A stretch of DNA of 64,000 bases from Tubiluchus corallicola (taxonomy: Eukaryota > Animalia > Priapulida): the NCBI GenBank assembly GCA_030141605.1, contig JAQGDQ010000435.1:133996-197995 (forward strand), given 5' to 3'. The position numbers and the translations under genes are program-made. The notes beneath the pieces were generated by a model, which worked only from the letters and a program-made list of their open reading frames with translations, was not told the DNA's origin and searched no databases. Below are positions 48,280-60,895 of the stretch, in pieces. The number at the start of each line of letters is the position of its first letter. The first letter of the stretch is position 1.

Positions 48280-50487
48280 ATGATTATGTTGTCAAGATTG
48301 ACCATCTTGCTGGCGTGTGCAATAGGTTCCATGCAGCATGCAGTAGATGTTGCCACTGGAATGGGTCCTTCCAATGGCAATGTTGCCGCTGCCATGAGCA
48401 ACTTTGGTTCTTCAAATGGCCGCGCTATGGGATACGGTGCAGGCCAAAATGGCGCAGCTATGGTTAACGGTTACAGAAACACAGAATTTAATGACGCACA
48501 GCAAAATCCGCCATATATAAATGGTGTATATGGCAGTTCTAATGGCGGTTCCTCAAACGGTTATGGTATGACTGTGGGCAGGTCAACGAATGGCAATGGC
48601 GAATCATTCAGTTCCCGAGCCAGTGTTGCGAACAGCAACAGTGAACCTATGGTTAGTTATGGCCGTGCTCCAAGTGGTTTGCCAACAGATGTTATGATGA
48701 CTAACAATGGTGGATCAGTTGTTGGCAATGGTCGTGCAACTAATGGTCGTGCACCATATGTAAATGGTGTATATGACAGCTCTAATGGGGGTTCCTCAAA
48801 TGGTTATGGTATGACTGTGGGCAGGTCAACGAATGGCAATGGCGAATCATTCAGTTCCCGAGCCAATGTTGCGACCAGCAACAGTGAACCTATGGTTAGT
48901 TATGGCCGTGCTCCAAGTGGTTTGCCAACTGATGTTATGACTAGCAATGGTGGATCAGTTGTTGGCAATGGTCGTGCAACTAGAGGATATGGTTTAGCAC
49001 CTAATGTTGCATCCAGCAATGGTCACACTATGGTTGGCAATGGACGTGACTACAGTATTCCAGCTGAAGCTATGGCCAGAGGTAGTCAGACTATGAATGA
49101 AAATGGCCCAGCAATGGCACTGGTCAATGGCAATGGTGCTCTTCCTGCCATTAATGGTAATGGCAGAGCAACGAATGGGTATGGGCCATTTCATGGTGCA
49201 TCGTCTAACCAAGGGGTTCAAATTGTGGATATGATGTCATACCCAGGAATGACAGCCAGGTCTAATGGTGTTATATCCAGGAATGGAATCAGCACTCCTG
49301 CAGGGATTGGTTCACCTAATGAATTCGAACCTACAATGGAAGCTAGTAATGGATACGGTCTGCCTGGCAGTGCTGGACCCAGTATCAGTGCCACTAGGAA
49401 TGGCTATGGTTTGCCAAGTAATGCCAGACCTCTGATTGCTGATAGTAACAATGGGTTTGGTTTGGCAAATGGACGTGGACCTACGACCAGTACCATCAGC
49501 AATGGATATAGATTACCAACTGGCCAAGGACGAGCTACTAACGGTGTTGCTGCTGTACCTCGTGCTGGTGTACGTTTGCCAATTAGTGCTTCTAATGGTA
49601 GGTCTAACGATGCCTTGCCAAGAAATGGTGTTATTGTGGGTGAACATGGTCAACCAAATATCGTTGCACCAGATATCAATGGCAGAAATGGATATATTCC
49701 AGTGCATGCTTCTCCACCAACATACAGTAGATCAGCTGACAACAGATTTGGTAGAACAAATGTAGCTGTTCCTGAAAATGCGGCTAGGAATGACTTTGGC
49801 AGATCCAATGGATTTGTGCCTAGAAATGGCAACGGAAGAGCCTTTGAAAGACGTGACGATTTTTCAAATAGAGAGGATGTTGTTCCTGACATGGTTAATT
49901 TTGGCAGGTCAGTTGATGAACAATTTTTTACTAATGGTGAAATCCCCAGGAATGGATTTGTTGCATCAAATACAGGAACTCCGGATGATTCTTTTGACAT
50001 AACCACATTTGACAACATTGACGCTAGCGATCTGGGTGTAGAGAATTTTGGAGATGCCTATATTGACACTGATTCTTTTAACTTCAACCTGTGGCGTGAC
50101 ACTGCCGTTGCCGAGGCGCCCCAGCAAGCCTCCAATGACAAAGAAAGAGAAATGGTAGTAATTGGTTCAAGATATCGTTCCGGATTTGCCAAGCAACAAG
50201 AAAAGAGCACTGGTGAGAGACAAGGATGGGGAGAAGGCGAAGCAGGCGTTGAGTTGAGTGCTTCCAGGAAGGCAACACAAGACTCAATGCAGAGATACTC
50301 ACAGTCTCAATCAAGTGAAGGAAGCACAGAGAAGGGTGCTGCTTATGCATTCGAGCGTACACCCAAAGTGGAGTTTCAGAAAGTGAAGGTAGACGCATTG
50401 CCTGTACATTCGGGACCGGAAAAGCCACAGCCTGAAGTCAATGGCCACATGAGGTATCCTCCACCAACAATGCGCCATTATCAGTAG
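48280..50487 (+). CDS. Secreted Asn/Gly-rich low-complexity protein, 735 aa, likely an extracellular structural or matrix protein
   Basis: 2.2-kb ORF with a hydrophobic signal peptide (MIMLSRLTILLACAIGSMQHA), about 45 NG dipeptides by my count, a 243-nt internal duplication and an Asp-rich segment near the C-terminus. Confidence 0.85.
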   Translation: MIMLSRLTILLACAIGSMQHAVDVATGMGPSNGNVAAAMSNFGSSNGRAMGYGAGQNGAAMVNGYRNTEFNDAQQNPPYINGVYGSSNGGSSNGYGMTVGRSTNGNGESFSSRASVANSNSEPMVSYGRAPSGLPTDVMMTNNGGSVVGNGRATNGRAPYVNGVYDSSNGGSSNGYGMTVGRSTNGNGESFSSRANVATSNSEPMVSYGRAPSGLPTDVMTSNGGSVVGNGRATRGYGLAPNVASSNGHTMVGNGRDYSIPAEAMARGSQTMNENGPAMALVNGNGALPAINGNGRATNGYGPFHGASSNQGVQIVDMMSYPGMTARSNGVISRNGISTPAGIGSPNEFEPTMEASNGYGLPGSAGPSISATRNGYGLPSNARPLIADSNNGFGLANGRGPTTSTISNGYRLPTGQGRATNGVAAVPRAGVRLPISASNGRSNDALPRNGVIVGEHGQPNIVAPDINGRNGYIPVHASPPTYSRSADNRFGRTNVAVPENAARNDFGRSNGFVPRNGNGRAFERRDDFSNREDVVPDMVNFGRSVDEQFFTNGEIPRNGFVASNTGTPDDSFDITTFDNIDASDLGVENFGDAYIDTDSFNFNLWRDTAVAEAPQQASNDKEREMVVIGSRYRSGFAKQQEKSTGERQGWGEGEAGVELSASRKATQDSMQRYSQSQSSEGSTEKGAAYAFERTPKVEFQKVKVDALPVHSGPEKPQPEVNGHMRYPPPTMRHYQ

Positions 50488-51514
50488 TTTTGAACTACGG
50501 AACAATGTTCTTTTAAACTTTAATGACATTGAATATTGAGCTCTCTTTCTCTCATTTTTCTTCCTCTCTCCCCGTTCTCTCTTCGCTCTCTCTCTTTCTC
50601 CCTCTCTCTGAGTCTGTCTGTCTCTTTTTCTCTTTCTCTACCTTGCCTTTTCTTAAAACTGTTTTTCAATTTTCACCGCACACTTTTACCGTTGTTTGTT
50701 CACATCGCGCAAACTGCAATTAAGTTACGAATACAATTGGAGATGTTGAATTAACTTGTAAGTTTCAATTATTGAACTGATTTGTCGTTGTTAAGCAATT
50801 GTGACAACATCACGGCCATATTGTATATTTATTCCTTTATTGTAATGTTATGTTATTGTTGTTGCTATTATTATTATTGTTGTTGTTGTTTTTGCTTTTT
50901 AATATAAGCCACCGATGAATGGAAACTTTGCTGTTGATATTTTTATTTTCTTTGCTTTTCTTGACACCTTATGGTACGTTCAGGTCAAACCCTCAGGACA
51001 TTTTCTCCAATTTACCTTTAAATTCAATAAAATAGAAACACGGAAGTCGAAAAAGGGGGCGGGAGAAAGACAAGATCAATCCAGTGTTTAACTATAATCA
51101 CATTGAGTACAGGGTGCAGGGCCCTATAAACTCATGTGTGCAATGTGCATAAATATGCCTGGCTTTCACAAACATGTATTTCCAGACCGTGATTATAAAC
51201 AAGTGGGTCCAGCCACTTGAAACTAGAAGATGTTCACGCTACAAAGTGAGTTTAGACTATACTACTAATTTTTGGTATGCCATTTTGTCAATTAGCAATT
51301 TTGTTTCAGATAATTTTAGTTTTTACACCAACGTCAGTTATTCCTACAATAAGTTGAACGTTTACATCATCATCATTTCAACTGAAATTGCTAACGAATG
51401 ACGGCAACGGGACACTGTTGGTTATCTTTTACTTCGTATTCAGCATAGTGTTGCAAATGCCATTAAATTCATACAGTCTCCAGAGGCAGAAATAATTTAG
51501 TAAAAAACTAGTTT

Positions 51515-52144
51515 TTAACTGTTTTCTTTGAATAACGAATCGTAAGATGGCGGTGGGGCTGAAGGAGATCTCACAGCTGGCGAAACTAATCCACAATCAT
51601 AAACAGGTAAGTTCATAGATGGCGCCACTTGCTCTTGTTGATGTGCTTGGCAATAAGGAGGTCGTAAGCCATGCGTGTATTCAGCTTGTGGTTGAGTTTC
51701 TTCTGTCGACACTGCAATCTGAATGGGTGCTAACACACTGCCACAATTATTCATGTACACCGCTCTGTCGCCATATGAAGTAAAACCCGACTGTGGCGTC
51801 ATCCAGGGACGGTGAGCGAAAGTTTCCAATGTATGCTCATTGGCCCAGGCATGGCTTGACGCCATCAGAGGTATATTTTGATTACCGTGAACAATGACTG
51901 TCCCGACTCTGCGATAACCATTCGCTTGCTTTATAAAGTACCCACCGGCCACACAAAACACGATGGACATTACCCATGCCGTCAGTAAAGCTATCCACGA
52001 GTAAGTTATGAAGAGAATGCCAAAGCCCACGGCGAACAAAATGGAACCCATCGCAAGTAAATTGGTTCCTCTCTGTCGCAAACGGATGGGCCAGACGCGA
52101 CCCTGACGATGTGAAGATTGGCTCTGGATATCTAGAGACACCAT
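51515..52144 (-). CDS. Small two-TM membrane protein, about 209 aa, with a cytoplasmic Pro-rich tail bearing PY motifs
   Basis: First ATG at 52144. Two adjacent hydrophobic helices (LLAMGSILFAVGFGILFITY; WIALLTAWVMSIVFCVAGGYFI). The tail has LPVY and ends APPPSYDSLF. GC is higher than in the flanks. Confidence 0.75.
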   Translation of the reverse strand: MVSLDIQSQSSHRQGRVWPIRLRQRGTNLLAMGSILFAVGFGILFITYSWIALLTAWVMSIVFCVAGGYFIKQANGYRRVGTVIVHGNQNIPLMASSHAWANEHTLETFAHRPWMTPQSGFTSYGDRAVYMNNCGSVLAPIQIAVSTEETQPQAEYTHGLRPPYCQAHQQEQVAPSMNLPVYDCGLVSPAVRSPSAPPPSYDSLFKENS

Positions 52145-52907
52145 TGAAGTTGTCCGTCTGCTGTTTCTTGGATACAATTATTTCAAATGAATTTTGTATT
52201 CACTTGATGATTATGACGGTCGCCAAATACTACGTTCTTGATGTTTTGATGTAACTAATGTCCATCATCTATAACAGACCAAGACAAAATGTATAAAAAA
52301 TAATTAGGTTAGTGGTTGGTGTACTTTTTAATTAATTTACTACTAATTTAATTACCAATGACTGAGCATTTTCAATGATTATTCGCCTACAAGTTGGAAC
52401 GTGTTTGGAAAAAAATAAAAAAACAATAATGTTAACAAACTTCTCCATTGTTCGTATTAGTCTGTGTTACTTACTAACAGAGGCAATTAGTGGTGAACAA
52501 TCTTCCGCAAAAACCTATTTTCTATTGGTAAGGATATTTAGGTAAATTTAACACAATGAAGCAACTAATTTTGATGAACAAAATAAGAAATAAAATGAGG
52601 GCATTTTTAAACAAATGATAAGCATTACAGAGTAAAAACAGTTCATACAAATGAAATATTTTTCATCTAGTGCCAGGTTTAGTAAAAATTTATTTCGGAA
52701 AATCTTTCCATTAATTCCATTATCGGAAGCTAAAGACATAATTGCAAAGCACAGACGCATAAATATATACGCATCCGCACCGGTGAGGAATACCTACAAT
52801 GTAAAATAAGAATTAAAAAGTAATGGCCTTAAATTTGCAAAAATTCACATGTCATAAAACAGTGTACGCCTGTTTCTAATAAACTAGCCGCATAATGCGT
52901 TAAATAC

Positions 52908-53123
52908 ATATAAGTGCTATAATATGTGTGAATTATAAGTGCGTGTATAAGTGCTACAATATGTGTGAATTATAAGTGCGTATATAAGTGCTACAATATG
53001 TGTGAATTATAAGTGCGTATATAAGTGCTACAATATGTGTGAATTATAAGTGCGTATATAAGTGCTACAATATGTGTGAATTATAAGTGCGTATATACGT
53101 GCTACAATATGTGTGAATTATAA
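52908..53123. repeat. 37-bp minisatellite, about 5.8 copies
   Basis: The unit AATATGTGTGAATTATAAGTGCGTATATAAGTGCTAC starts at 52921, 52958, 52995, 53032, 53069 and 53106 (partial). Confidence 0.95.
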
Positions 53124-53399
53124 TCAATTAAAGTGCTAAATAAAACAGAAATAGCGGAAATCGGTTTACTTGTAACCAACCAAAAATTTAGAATATTAAA
53201 ATTACTGCGTTCACATTGTTAGAAATGTATCTAATGTATAATCATCTGCAAAATAGGTACATCTAATGCATATGTAGCTAGACGGATTTGCCCTTAATAA
53301 TTTACATTTAGTAAATTTAGATTTAGTCAATTAAAGATTAACAGAATGCAACATCAAGAGAACAGAAGAACAGGTTTTCACATTGTGATTAAACAATCA

Positions 53400-53930
53400 G
53401 ACAAAGGAGAAGCTAGAGTAATTTGAGGAAACGAATTAATTTTAGGCCTGCATCACTTAGGCTATAATCATCGGAGTAACAGACTTGCAAGAATGAAAAA
53501 GAGAATCAAACACATTATTATTCTTTGTGCAGCTGACTGACAATTTCTCCGTAATTTTAGTTAATTAAGATCAGCCAGAACAACTGTATTCCATACGCTT
53601 CTGAAAATCCAAAAAAAACCTTGGCTTTGACGTCTTATTAAATTTGCTTTTAATAATCTTACTGTAATTATTTCTATTTGTACTTGTGTTGACGAGTGCC
53701 TTAACTCCGACAACGCTCTTATTTCGTTAGAGACTTCATTCCTAAGCTCAGAGATTTAGATCTACCACCAAATAATCATGTCACGCTTGACTAGTGCAGG
53801 TATTGCAGATATTACATCATTGTTTGAAAATTTTGCATGAATATAGTAGATCAGAAGGGCACACAATCTTGCGGGAAGCAACTTGAGATTGATGACATTT
53901 TTGGAATTTGGTCAAGTGTAGATTGGAACT
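53400..53930 (-). mobile_element. Possible decayed CR1/L2-type LINE ORF1 remnant
   Basis: Broken minus-strand frames give LCAL..YIHAKF...IIWW (PHD-finger-like spacing), coiled-coil-like SELRNEVSNEIRALSELR, and YSKIIK. Many stops are present. Confidence 0.2.
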
Positions 53931-56900
53931 CTATTCATTTGTTGAGTTTTTTTGGTAATGTTAACGAGAACGCAAAAGTGAATTTTGCGATTTCTGCTTC
54001 AGAAGTAACCTCTTTTGATATTAAAGTTAAATTCTAAGGTGATAGATCTTTATAAAAAGCCGACTGATAAACGGCAATATTCAGACTAAACGTAACGTCA
54101 CCCAATTCAATATAAGATTCCAAAGTATACTGTCAAAGTCCAATCAAAGGAAAATTTCTTCCATCGAAAAAAACAGACACATACTAGAGAACTTAAATTG
54201 CACTTGGCTTTTGTGGTCTTGTTCGTACACATGTCTACGGAAACGAAGTAGACATGATAGTAACTGTTTGCCCCAACCTGCTTATCTTACACGCAAAGTG
54301 ACGCAAAAAGCATACTTACCTTTTAAAATCCGTGAACAAAATAAAATCCAAGGTTTGCAATCAGTCCTAATCTCGTGTGTAGCTTATGACAACAGTTTGG
54401 TTTACAGTAGCGGCAGAGGACAAAGACCGTCAGTAAAAATATTGAACTGTCATCATGAATGAATAAATTAGCTGGTGATTAGTCGTTACCGCAGTTGTTG
54501 CCATTGCCAATCGGGGTGCCTAACTACCGTCTTTTCTGTTGACAACATGGAGTCACGCACTGTCGCCTAAACCTGTTAACTAATTATCTGTGGAGATCTC
54601 CTGTAAATTATAAGCGCCAATGATCTATGAAAATTATAAAAAATAATTTTGTACAATGTGAAAAAACAAATAAAAATGGGGGAAAGGAAAGACGCAGTAA
54701 GATATATAAAAAAAAGGAAGAAAAGTGGCGTAATTGAAGAATGTATATGTAGAAAAATAGAAGCCCACAATCAATAAACGTGGAAATGAACCTCTAAATT
54801 CTTTATAAGTCTTACAGGACGAGCAAACGTTTCTAGCATTAGCAAAATATAGGCCTATTACAGATTCATTTCATATTAAGATTCTACTTGCGTTCTACTT
54901 GCAGGTCATGTATACGTTCGCTTACCATAACCGACAATGTAGGGCACCACATTTCTTTTTGTAATATAAAATTATTATTCATTATTATCTAACGTGATCT
55001 GTACTAATGTCTGTAATTTTAATATGATCATACAGAAATGTCTCACTGATTGCCTAGTGCTGTCTTATGATTTGCAGGCTGTGCCGTTAGCTTATAGTCT
55101 TATGCTGGAATTGCAATGTGTTCATCAAACTTGTTAACACAGATTAATTCTTAATGACAACAATAGTGACAATGCATGAAAAGACGTTACTTGTGTCGCT
55201 GTAAATGCAAATTGTGATTGACACTACTAAAAAAACTGCAAACTGCTATTGGTTATAGATATGTCTTCATTCATAAATATTTATAAATATTGCGTGTGTT
55301 ACAGCCTACGGCTCAATTGATAATAAACTTGAAATTTATTAGTTTTAAAAAGAATTGCTGATGGTACGACTGTTTTGATTAGATTATGGTAATAGACTAG
55401 TCAACGCGACAGAGTTCCTTGGCTTTCTGTGAGGATTTTTAAAACATCGATGCGATATTGCTGATTTGGCGTGTGGCCAGATCTAACCCAGTACACTATA
55501 CTGTCTGACACTTCTAACAAACCTTAGAAGTGCCCACCAACAGCATTCATTTAAATAAGTTTTGTCTTCCAAAAGTAGATAAATTATAACAGGTTTGTTG
55601 ACCGTACAATAAAATTTACATATTACTGCAATTATACAAAATAGAATTAGCTAAATAATGCAGCATGTGATACAGATAACGTTTAACGCACTAAAGTTTA
55701 AATATTGCAACTCATTAAAAATGACATTTACTGCTCACAAATCTTATCTTTGTAATGGCAGTTTAATTCAAAAGTTGGTGTCCTTACTGATTCGTCTTAA
55801 AGAACCAGCATTAACAAGGATTATCTATAAGTAAAAGTAAATTCTCGTAAACCTGGTTTTTAAGAACTATACTAGTCCTTCTTGTGATAATTATCTGTCT
55901 TTTTGTCGTTTTCTGTATTTACAGTTTTCTCTCCAGTCTGCCAATACGACAACCACCCGCTCAATAATGACCTTGATACCTTATTTCACGGAATGGGAGG
56001 CCACTTGGAATGAGCAACAGCAAAACAGACGTTAAAGAAAGAGACGTTTAGGAACCGAGACTTCGAAATCACTCTATAATAAATATTTAGAACATTCCCA
56101 TCTATTAAAACATTTTGTTGACAAACTAAAAAAAAATTATGCGCTCAGAATTCTCGCTCACAATTCATTTTAACCAAGCAACATGTTGAGCCCACCCCTC
56201 AATAATCGACTAAATCTCTCCTTATCTAATCTCTCCTTATCTTGCATTATATGGTTTAATTTAAGCGGCCTTCACTTTGCAGGTAAATTGTTAGCTAAAT
56301 AACTCCAGACGAGACGAAATTTATCATAATCATGCAAGAATTAAGGATTTAAATTATAATCACAATCGAACGTCCCAGCTTGAAGATGGCGGTCTGTTTC
56401 GCAGGGTGCCCACTTAAAACGGACGGTTCTTTGTCACTGGCACAGTAAGAGAACGTTATCTTATCATGAATCTCCGATAGCGTAAGGAGGTGAGCGACTT
56501 CTACCCCGCTGAGCATCTAGTAATCTACTGTTGGTCCAGTAACTCCTCTTGACACGATACTGCTCTGACGAACGCTAAGAACTAACTCCTTGTCCACGAC
56601 CTCGCTCGGGACTACTCACAGCTTGTTTAGAATACTCGCAGTGCTCTTGCAAAATAAACCTGGAGCTGCCCTTGAATTCAACGGCAACAATAACATTATG
56701 CAGCTTTGATACGGAGCAGAAATCTTTCAATCTCTAATTGAAGCATTTGAACAAAGCCGAAGAATTGGATATAAAAATGGGTCACATTGGTCCAGCTATA
56801 GCTTTTAATCGGAGATCGGCTGCAGATCAAAGAATTTTATCAGAGAAACTCACAGGTGTTAACCTGTGATGAAAGTAAAGAGTTTGTGAATTTTTCTAGT

Positions 56901-57391
56901 CGACGATATCCGATACGAGAAAGCTGATGCTCTAAATCATATAATGTAAGTAAACATTTGTTGCAAATTACTACAGTGATTTTTGCTTTTCATTCTTTTT
57001 TAAGCTATCGTGTTTAAGGATTATTTCTATAGCTTGTACCAGCTCTATCAGATTTACTTTTTATATGAATAACAAAAATTACGTTTGTATTTTTTGCTTA
57101 AGGAACAGAATGCCATAGTCATCAATAACTTTTTATTTTTCATTCGACTGCAATTTTTGTTGAAGTAGCCAAGTGAATAACAAAACTTATTTGGCAAAAC
57201 TAACTTGGCAAAAAGTCGAGAAAGTCTTGCACCAAAAGTTGAAAGAGAAAGGTTGTAATGTACCATAACTCTAATTAAAAACTAAAATGAGCAGCAAAAG
57301 ATGTTTTCTGCGTTTTTTACGAGAACATTGGCGAAGAAATACGAATATCTGGGTTTGTTCATAAATATGAAAGTGGTTGTGAAGACGGTGT

Positions 57392-57424
57392 TGATGATGA
57401 TGATGATGATGATGTGATGACGAC

Positions 57425-57464
<40 letters not shown>

Positions 57465-57538
57465 ATAAAGATAAAGACGATGACGACTAGATGATGATGA
57501 GGATGGCGATAGTGACGATGATGATGACGAAGAAGATG
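57392..57538. repeat. (GAT)n microsatellite with a degenerate 3' part
   Basis: Read directly from the sequence. Confidence 0.9.
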
Positions 57539-58084
57539 TTACAAACGCGAAACCCCATTTTCATGCTGCTGTAAGTTGTATGGCAAAATGTTGTTTTTCG
57601 TTTTCACTTCTTTTGCGTTTATCTACCTGTCATGCTCTGTGTTTTTTTCCTCCTATTTTCCGCCGTCTGGTGTCTATGCGCGTTGCCTATCAAAGTGGCT
57701 ATGCATGCAGATGACTTGCGAGTACCTTCAGCTAACAGGGGAAAGTGATTAAGGACCTGGTATCTATAGGAAGAGAGATATAGGAAGAGGGTCCTTTGTG
57801 AAGAGGGTCCTACAGAGTACTTATAGGAAGAAAGGTAAGTAATATACAGACTGGCAGGGTAGAAAGAATATGAAAAAGCATTTGACTTTATAGCAGTAAA
57901 AGGCAGCTAACTAAACCATGTAATAAAATGAACTATTTTGCTCGAGATAAAAATTATGGTGCTAATTTTGATCTTGCATAGTGAACTGTGACAGGTGTAA
58001 TTTCAGATATAATATCTTTTTTCAGATATAATTTCAAGATTTTGGATATTTTTGAACGACTACACAATTGAAAAATCTTCCAGT

Positions 58085-60136
58085 ATGCGGACTGCTGTTC
58101 TGATCTTACTAGCCGTAGTGCTAATATCTGTAAGTAATAATGAACTTTTATTTACATCTTCTTTGAATGTCTGACATTTTTTGAATGTCTGATACTCAAA
58201 ATTTAAACACGGCTCTTTAGTTGTTGACGTTGTGTTTTTAAAAACTGGCGTGGCGCAAAAGGTAATTTTTTGTTTTGCAAAAAATATACACTATAGTTTG
58301 CGCAGTAATGGTCCCCCTATTACGTCCGCGAATTACTTTAGCATGATTTAATTTCAAGCAACTTAGCACAGTTTTCTTTAACTCCATTACATTTTCATCA
58401 TTATTCCGATATCAACACTGTGTCTGCAAATTTCACAGGTTACAATGGCTGGACCACAAGGCGGTGGCAGCAGAAGGAGAAGTGGAGGAGGGGGAGGATA
58501 CGGCAGCAGGAGTGGTGGCGGAGGACATGGTGGTAGTAGTGGAGGAGGAGGAGGTTATGGTAGAAGAAGAACTAGCGGAGGAGGAGGAAGACAACGAAAA
58601 CGTGGTGGAGGAGGATATGGTGGCAGCAGTGGTGGAGGAGGATATGGTGGCAGCAGTGGTGGAGGACATGGTGGCAGCAGTGGAGGAGGAGGATATGGTG
58701 GCAGCAGTGGTGGAGGAGGATATGGCGGCAGTAGTGGAGGAGGACATAGTGGCAGCAGTGGTGGAGGAGGATATGGCGGCAGCAGTGGTGGAGGAGGCTA
58801 TGGTGGCAGCAGTGGTGGAGGAGGATATGGTGGCAGCAGTGGTGGAGGAGGATATGGTGGCAGCAGTGGAGGAGGAGGAGGATATGGTGGCAGCAGTGGT
58901 GGAGGAGGATATGGTGGCAGCAGTGGAGGAGGAGGATATGGTCGCAGCAGTGGAGGTGGAGGATATGGTGGCAGCAGTGGTGGAGGTGGATATGGTGGCA
59001 GCAGTGGTGGAGGCTATGGTGGCAGCAGTGGTGGAGGAGGCTATGGTGGCAGCAGTGGAGGAGGAGGGGGATATGGTGGCAGCAGTGGAGGAGGAGGAGG
59101 ATATGGTGGCAGCAGTGGAGGAGGAGGAGGATATGGTGGCAGCAGTGGAGGAGGAGGAGGATATGGTGGAAGCAGTGGAGGAGGTGGATATGGTGGTAGC
59201 AGTGGAGGAAGTGGAGGCTATGGTGGCAGCAGCGGAGGAAGTGGATATGGTGGCAGCAGTGGTGGAGGAGGGTATGGCGGCAGCAGTGGAGGAGGAGGGG
59301 GATATGGTGGCAGCAGTGGAGGAGGAGGAGGATATGGTGGCAGCAGTGGAGGAGGAGGAGGATATGGTGGAAGCAGTGGAGGTGGAGGATATGGCGGCAG
59401 CAGTGGAGGTGGTGGATATGGTGGCAGCAGTGGTGGAGGAGGGTATGGCGGCAGCAGTGGAGGAAGTGGAGGCTATGGTGGCAGCAGCGGAGGAAGTGGA
59501 TATGGTGGCAGCAGTGGTGGTGGAGGTGGAGGCTATGGTGGCAGCAGTGGTGGAGGAGGATATGGTAGCAGCAGTGGAGGAGGAGGATATGGTGGCAGCA
59601 GTGGTGGAGGAGGATATGGTAGCAGCAGTGGAGGAGGAGGAGGATATGGTGGCAGCAGTAGTGGAGCAGGATATGGTAGCAGCAGTGGAGGAGGAGGATA
59701 TGGTAGCAGCAGTGGAGGTGGAGGAGGAGGATATGGTAGCAGCAGTGGAGGTGGAGGATATGGCGGCAACAGTGGTGGAGGAGGATATGGTAGCAGCAGT
59801 GGAGGAAGTGGAGGCTATGGTGGCAGCAGCGGAGGAAGTGGATATGGTGGCAGCAGTGGTGGAGGAGGGTATGGTAGCAGTGGTAGTGGAAGTGGAGGCT
59901 ATGGAGGAAGTGGTGGCGGAGGTGGAGGCTATGGTGGCAGCAGTGGTGGAGGAGGATATGGTAGCAGCAGTGGAGGAGGAGGATATGGTGGCAGCAGTGG
60001 TGGAGGAGGATATGGTGGCAGCAGTGGAGGAGGAGGATATGGTGGCAGCAGTGGTGGAGGAGGATATGGTGGCAGCAGTGGAGGAGGAGGATATGGCGGC
60101 AGCAGTGGTGGAGGAGGATATGGTAGCAGTTGGTAG
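58085..60136 (+). CDS. Secreted Gly/Ser/Tyr-rich repeat protein, (GGGGYGGSS)n; coding exons 58085-58129 and 58439-60136; about 580 aa
   Basis: The mini-exon MRTAVLILLAVVLIS ends in GTAAGT and splices in phase 0 to cacAG|GTTACAATGGCT. This gives the signal peptide MRTAVLILLAVVLISVTMA in the Gly-rich frame only. Upstream UTR donor at 57835 and acceptor at 58024-58025. Confidence 0.9.
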
Positions 60137-60811
60137 TTGATACCCAAAGCTGGCATCATCCCAGTGATAATATGGGAAATCTTCACCTAAACGTGAAAAT
60201 GAAAAATGTTTGTACAAGGGCAAAGGCGTTGTGTTATTGATTTATTTGCACGTATACTGCAAAATAATTCCTAGTTAATGCACGTGACATCCATTTTTAT
60301 TTCCCTTTTAATATAAGCAACTGGGTGGTAGAAATCATGAATTCAAAAACTAGTTATTAAACACTGATATTATTGTCACTTTTCTCTTTGTTATTCAGAT
60401 TGTTTTCAGATTTGTGATCTTAGTGTTAATCTTATGTTTGACAGTTATTTTTATGGATTGCATTGTTGCGAACACATTGTGTTATAAACACTTTGTTATG
60501 TAATACGCGTGGTGCCATCTACTGGCAACAGAAAGGAAGCACCAACAAAGTCGTGCTGTTTTACTTTGTGCTTGTTGTTGTGTAAATAATAAAATAGTGC
60601 TGTGGGTTTTTGTAAATAAAGCTTTACTTTTGGTGTTAATTCTATTTGTTATAAGTTTATATTTTCTTAAACGGCATCAATGCAAAATAATACTCATTTA
60701 TTACTTATACATCATACTTATTTTCTTATTAGCAGCAATAATTATAATCAAAACGCCAATGATAATGACCACAATAAAACAATAAACTTGTTGGTAAGCT
60801 TGTTCTTTTAT

Positions 60812-60895
60812 GTTGATGACGATGATAATGATGATGAGGATGACGAGGATGATAACGATAAAAATGGTGATGACGACGGCGGCGATAATGAAGAA
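60812..60895. repeat. Degenerate (GAT/GAC)n repeat
   Basis: Read directly from the sequence. Confidence 0.7.

Noticed and set aside
52908-53123. 37-bp direct repeats of CRISPR-like length
   Set aside because: The repeats are head-to-tail with no unique spacers, there are no cas genes and the context is eukaryotic. This is a minisatellite.
58464-60140. 558-aa acidic ORF (EEDMVAAVV)n overlapping the Gly-rich gene in another plus frame
   Set aside because: It is a by-product of GGA/GGT/AGC/AGT/TAT codon repeats lacking stops. The signal-peptide exon splices only into the Gly frame.
58433-60223. 596-aa Ser/Thr/Ala mucin-like ORF and Pro-rich ORFs on the minus strand
   Set aside because: These are antisense shadows of the Gly-rich repeat, with no signal peptide or independent gene structure.
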